Origin: a phage
Assembly (NCBI GenBank): GCA_012646845.1
Contig: GCA_012646845.1_4707.1
DNA length: 48,431 nt
Reading direction: 5' to 3' (one strand)
The position numbers were made by a program, and so were the translations under genes. Below the pieces are notes generated by a model, which saw only the letters and a list, made by a program, of their open reading frames with translations, was not told the DNA's origin and did not search any database. Shown here one piece after another: positions 48,264-48,431 of the stretch (positions are counted from its first letter, which is position 1; each line of letters opens with the position of its first letter).

Positions 48264-48431
48264 TGATACCTTCTATTAGTTGTACAGCAACTTCTTTTTC
48301 GGTGCTATAAAAGAACTTGCGGTGGAACTGAACAAGAAGCTTTTCGAATTTACATTGAACGATCTTTTTGCGTTCGATATGACCCAGGGAGAGCAAAGCA
48401 CCCATGCAACGTACCGCTTGTTCAAGAACCT

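Noticed and set aside
48240-48431. Apparent frameshift in gene 47895..48263 when read from the displayed lines
   Set aside because: The ORF-track length and translation are internally consistent; the displayed sequence seems to contain an extra base at a line boundary (and ends 6 nt beyond the stated length), so this is treated as a display artefact, not biology.

Overview
This window reads as a segment of a large tailed bacteriophage genome, probably a jumbo phage that encodes its own multisubunit RNA polymerase, since one gene (6156..7457) has the signature motifs of a beta-prime C-terminal fragment. Almost all genes lie on the minus strand, tightly packed with ATGA/TAATG start-stop overlaps and separated by GC-rich hairpins. 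The content runs from a 5'-truncated HNH homing endonuclease followed by a probable group I intron core (724..1200), through small hypothetical genes including three tandem paralogues, a plus-strand island ending in a macro-domain protein (8440..11501), and a large tail-fibre locus (12542..28116), to a putative lysis region, an accessory region and further small hypothetical genes. The fibre locus holds four proteins sharing one N-terminal module, a repeat-rich long fibre with a Gly-rich tip, a lambda-Tfa-like chaperone, a lipoprotein and two adjacent paralogues with a near-identical C-terminus. The accessory region holds an amino-methyltransferase, a GNAT acetyltransferase translationally coupled to the last member of a six-gene tandem array of HTH paralogues, and a complete NAD-dependent DNA ligase. 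The six-gene HTH array with its coupled GNAT is the strongest candidate for an undescribed system. All calls rest on reading the six-frame translations and the DNA by eye; no database search was run. Gene ends follow the ORF track, while starts were adjusted by eye to the first ATG/GTG with a Shine-Dalgarno-like purine run and are less certain. The displayed sequence appears to carry at least one extra base after about position 48240, so the ORF-track coordinates were trusted there.
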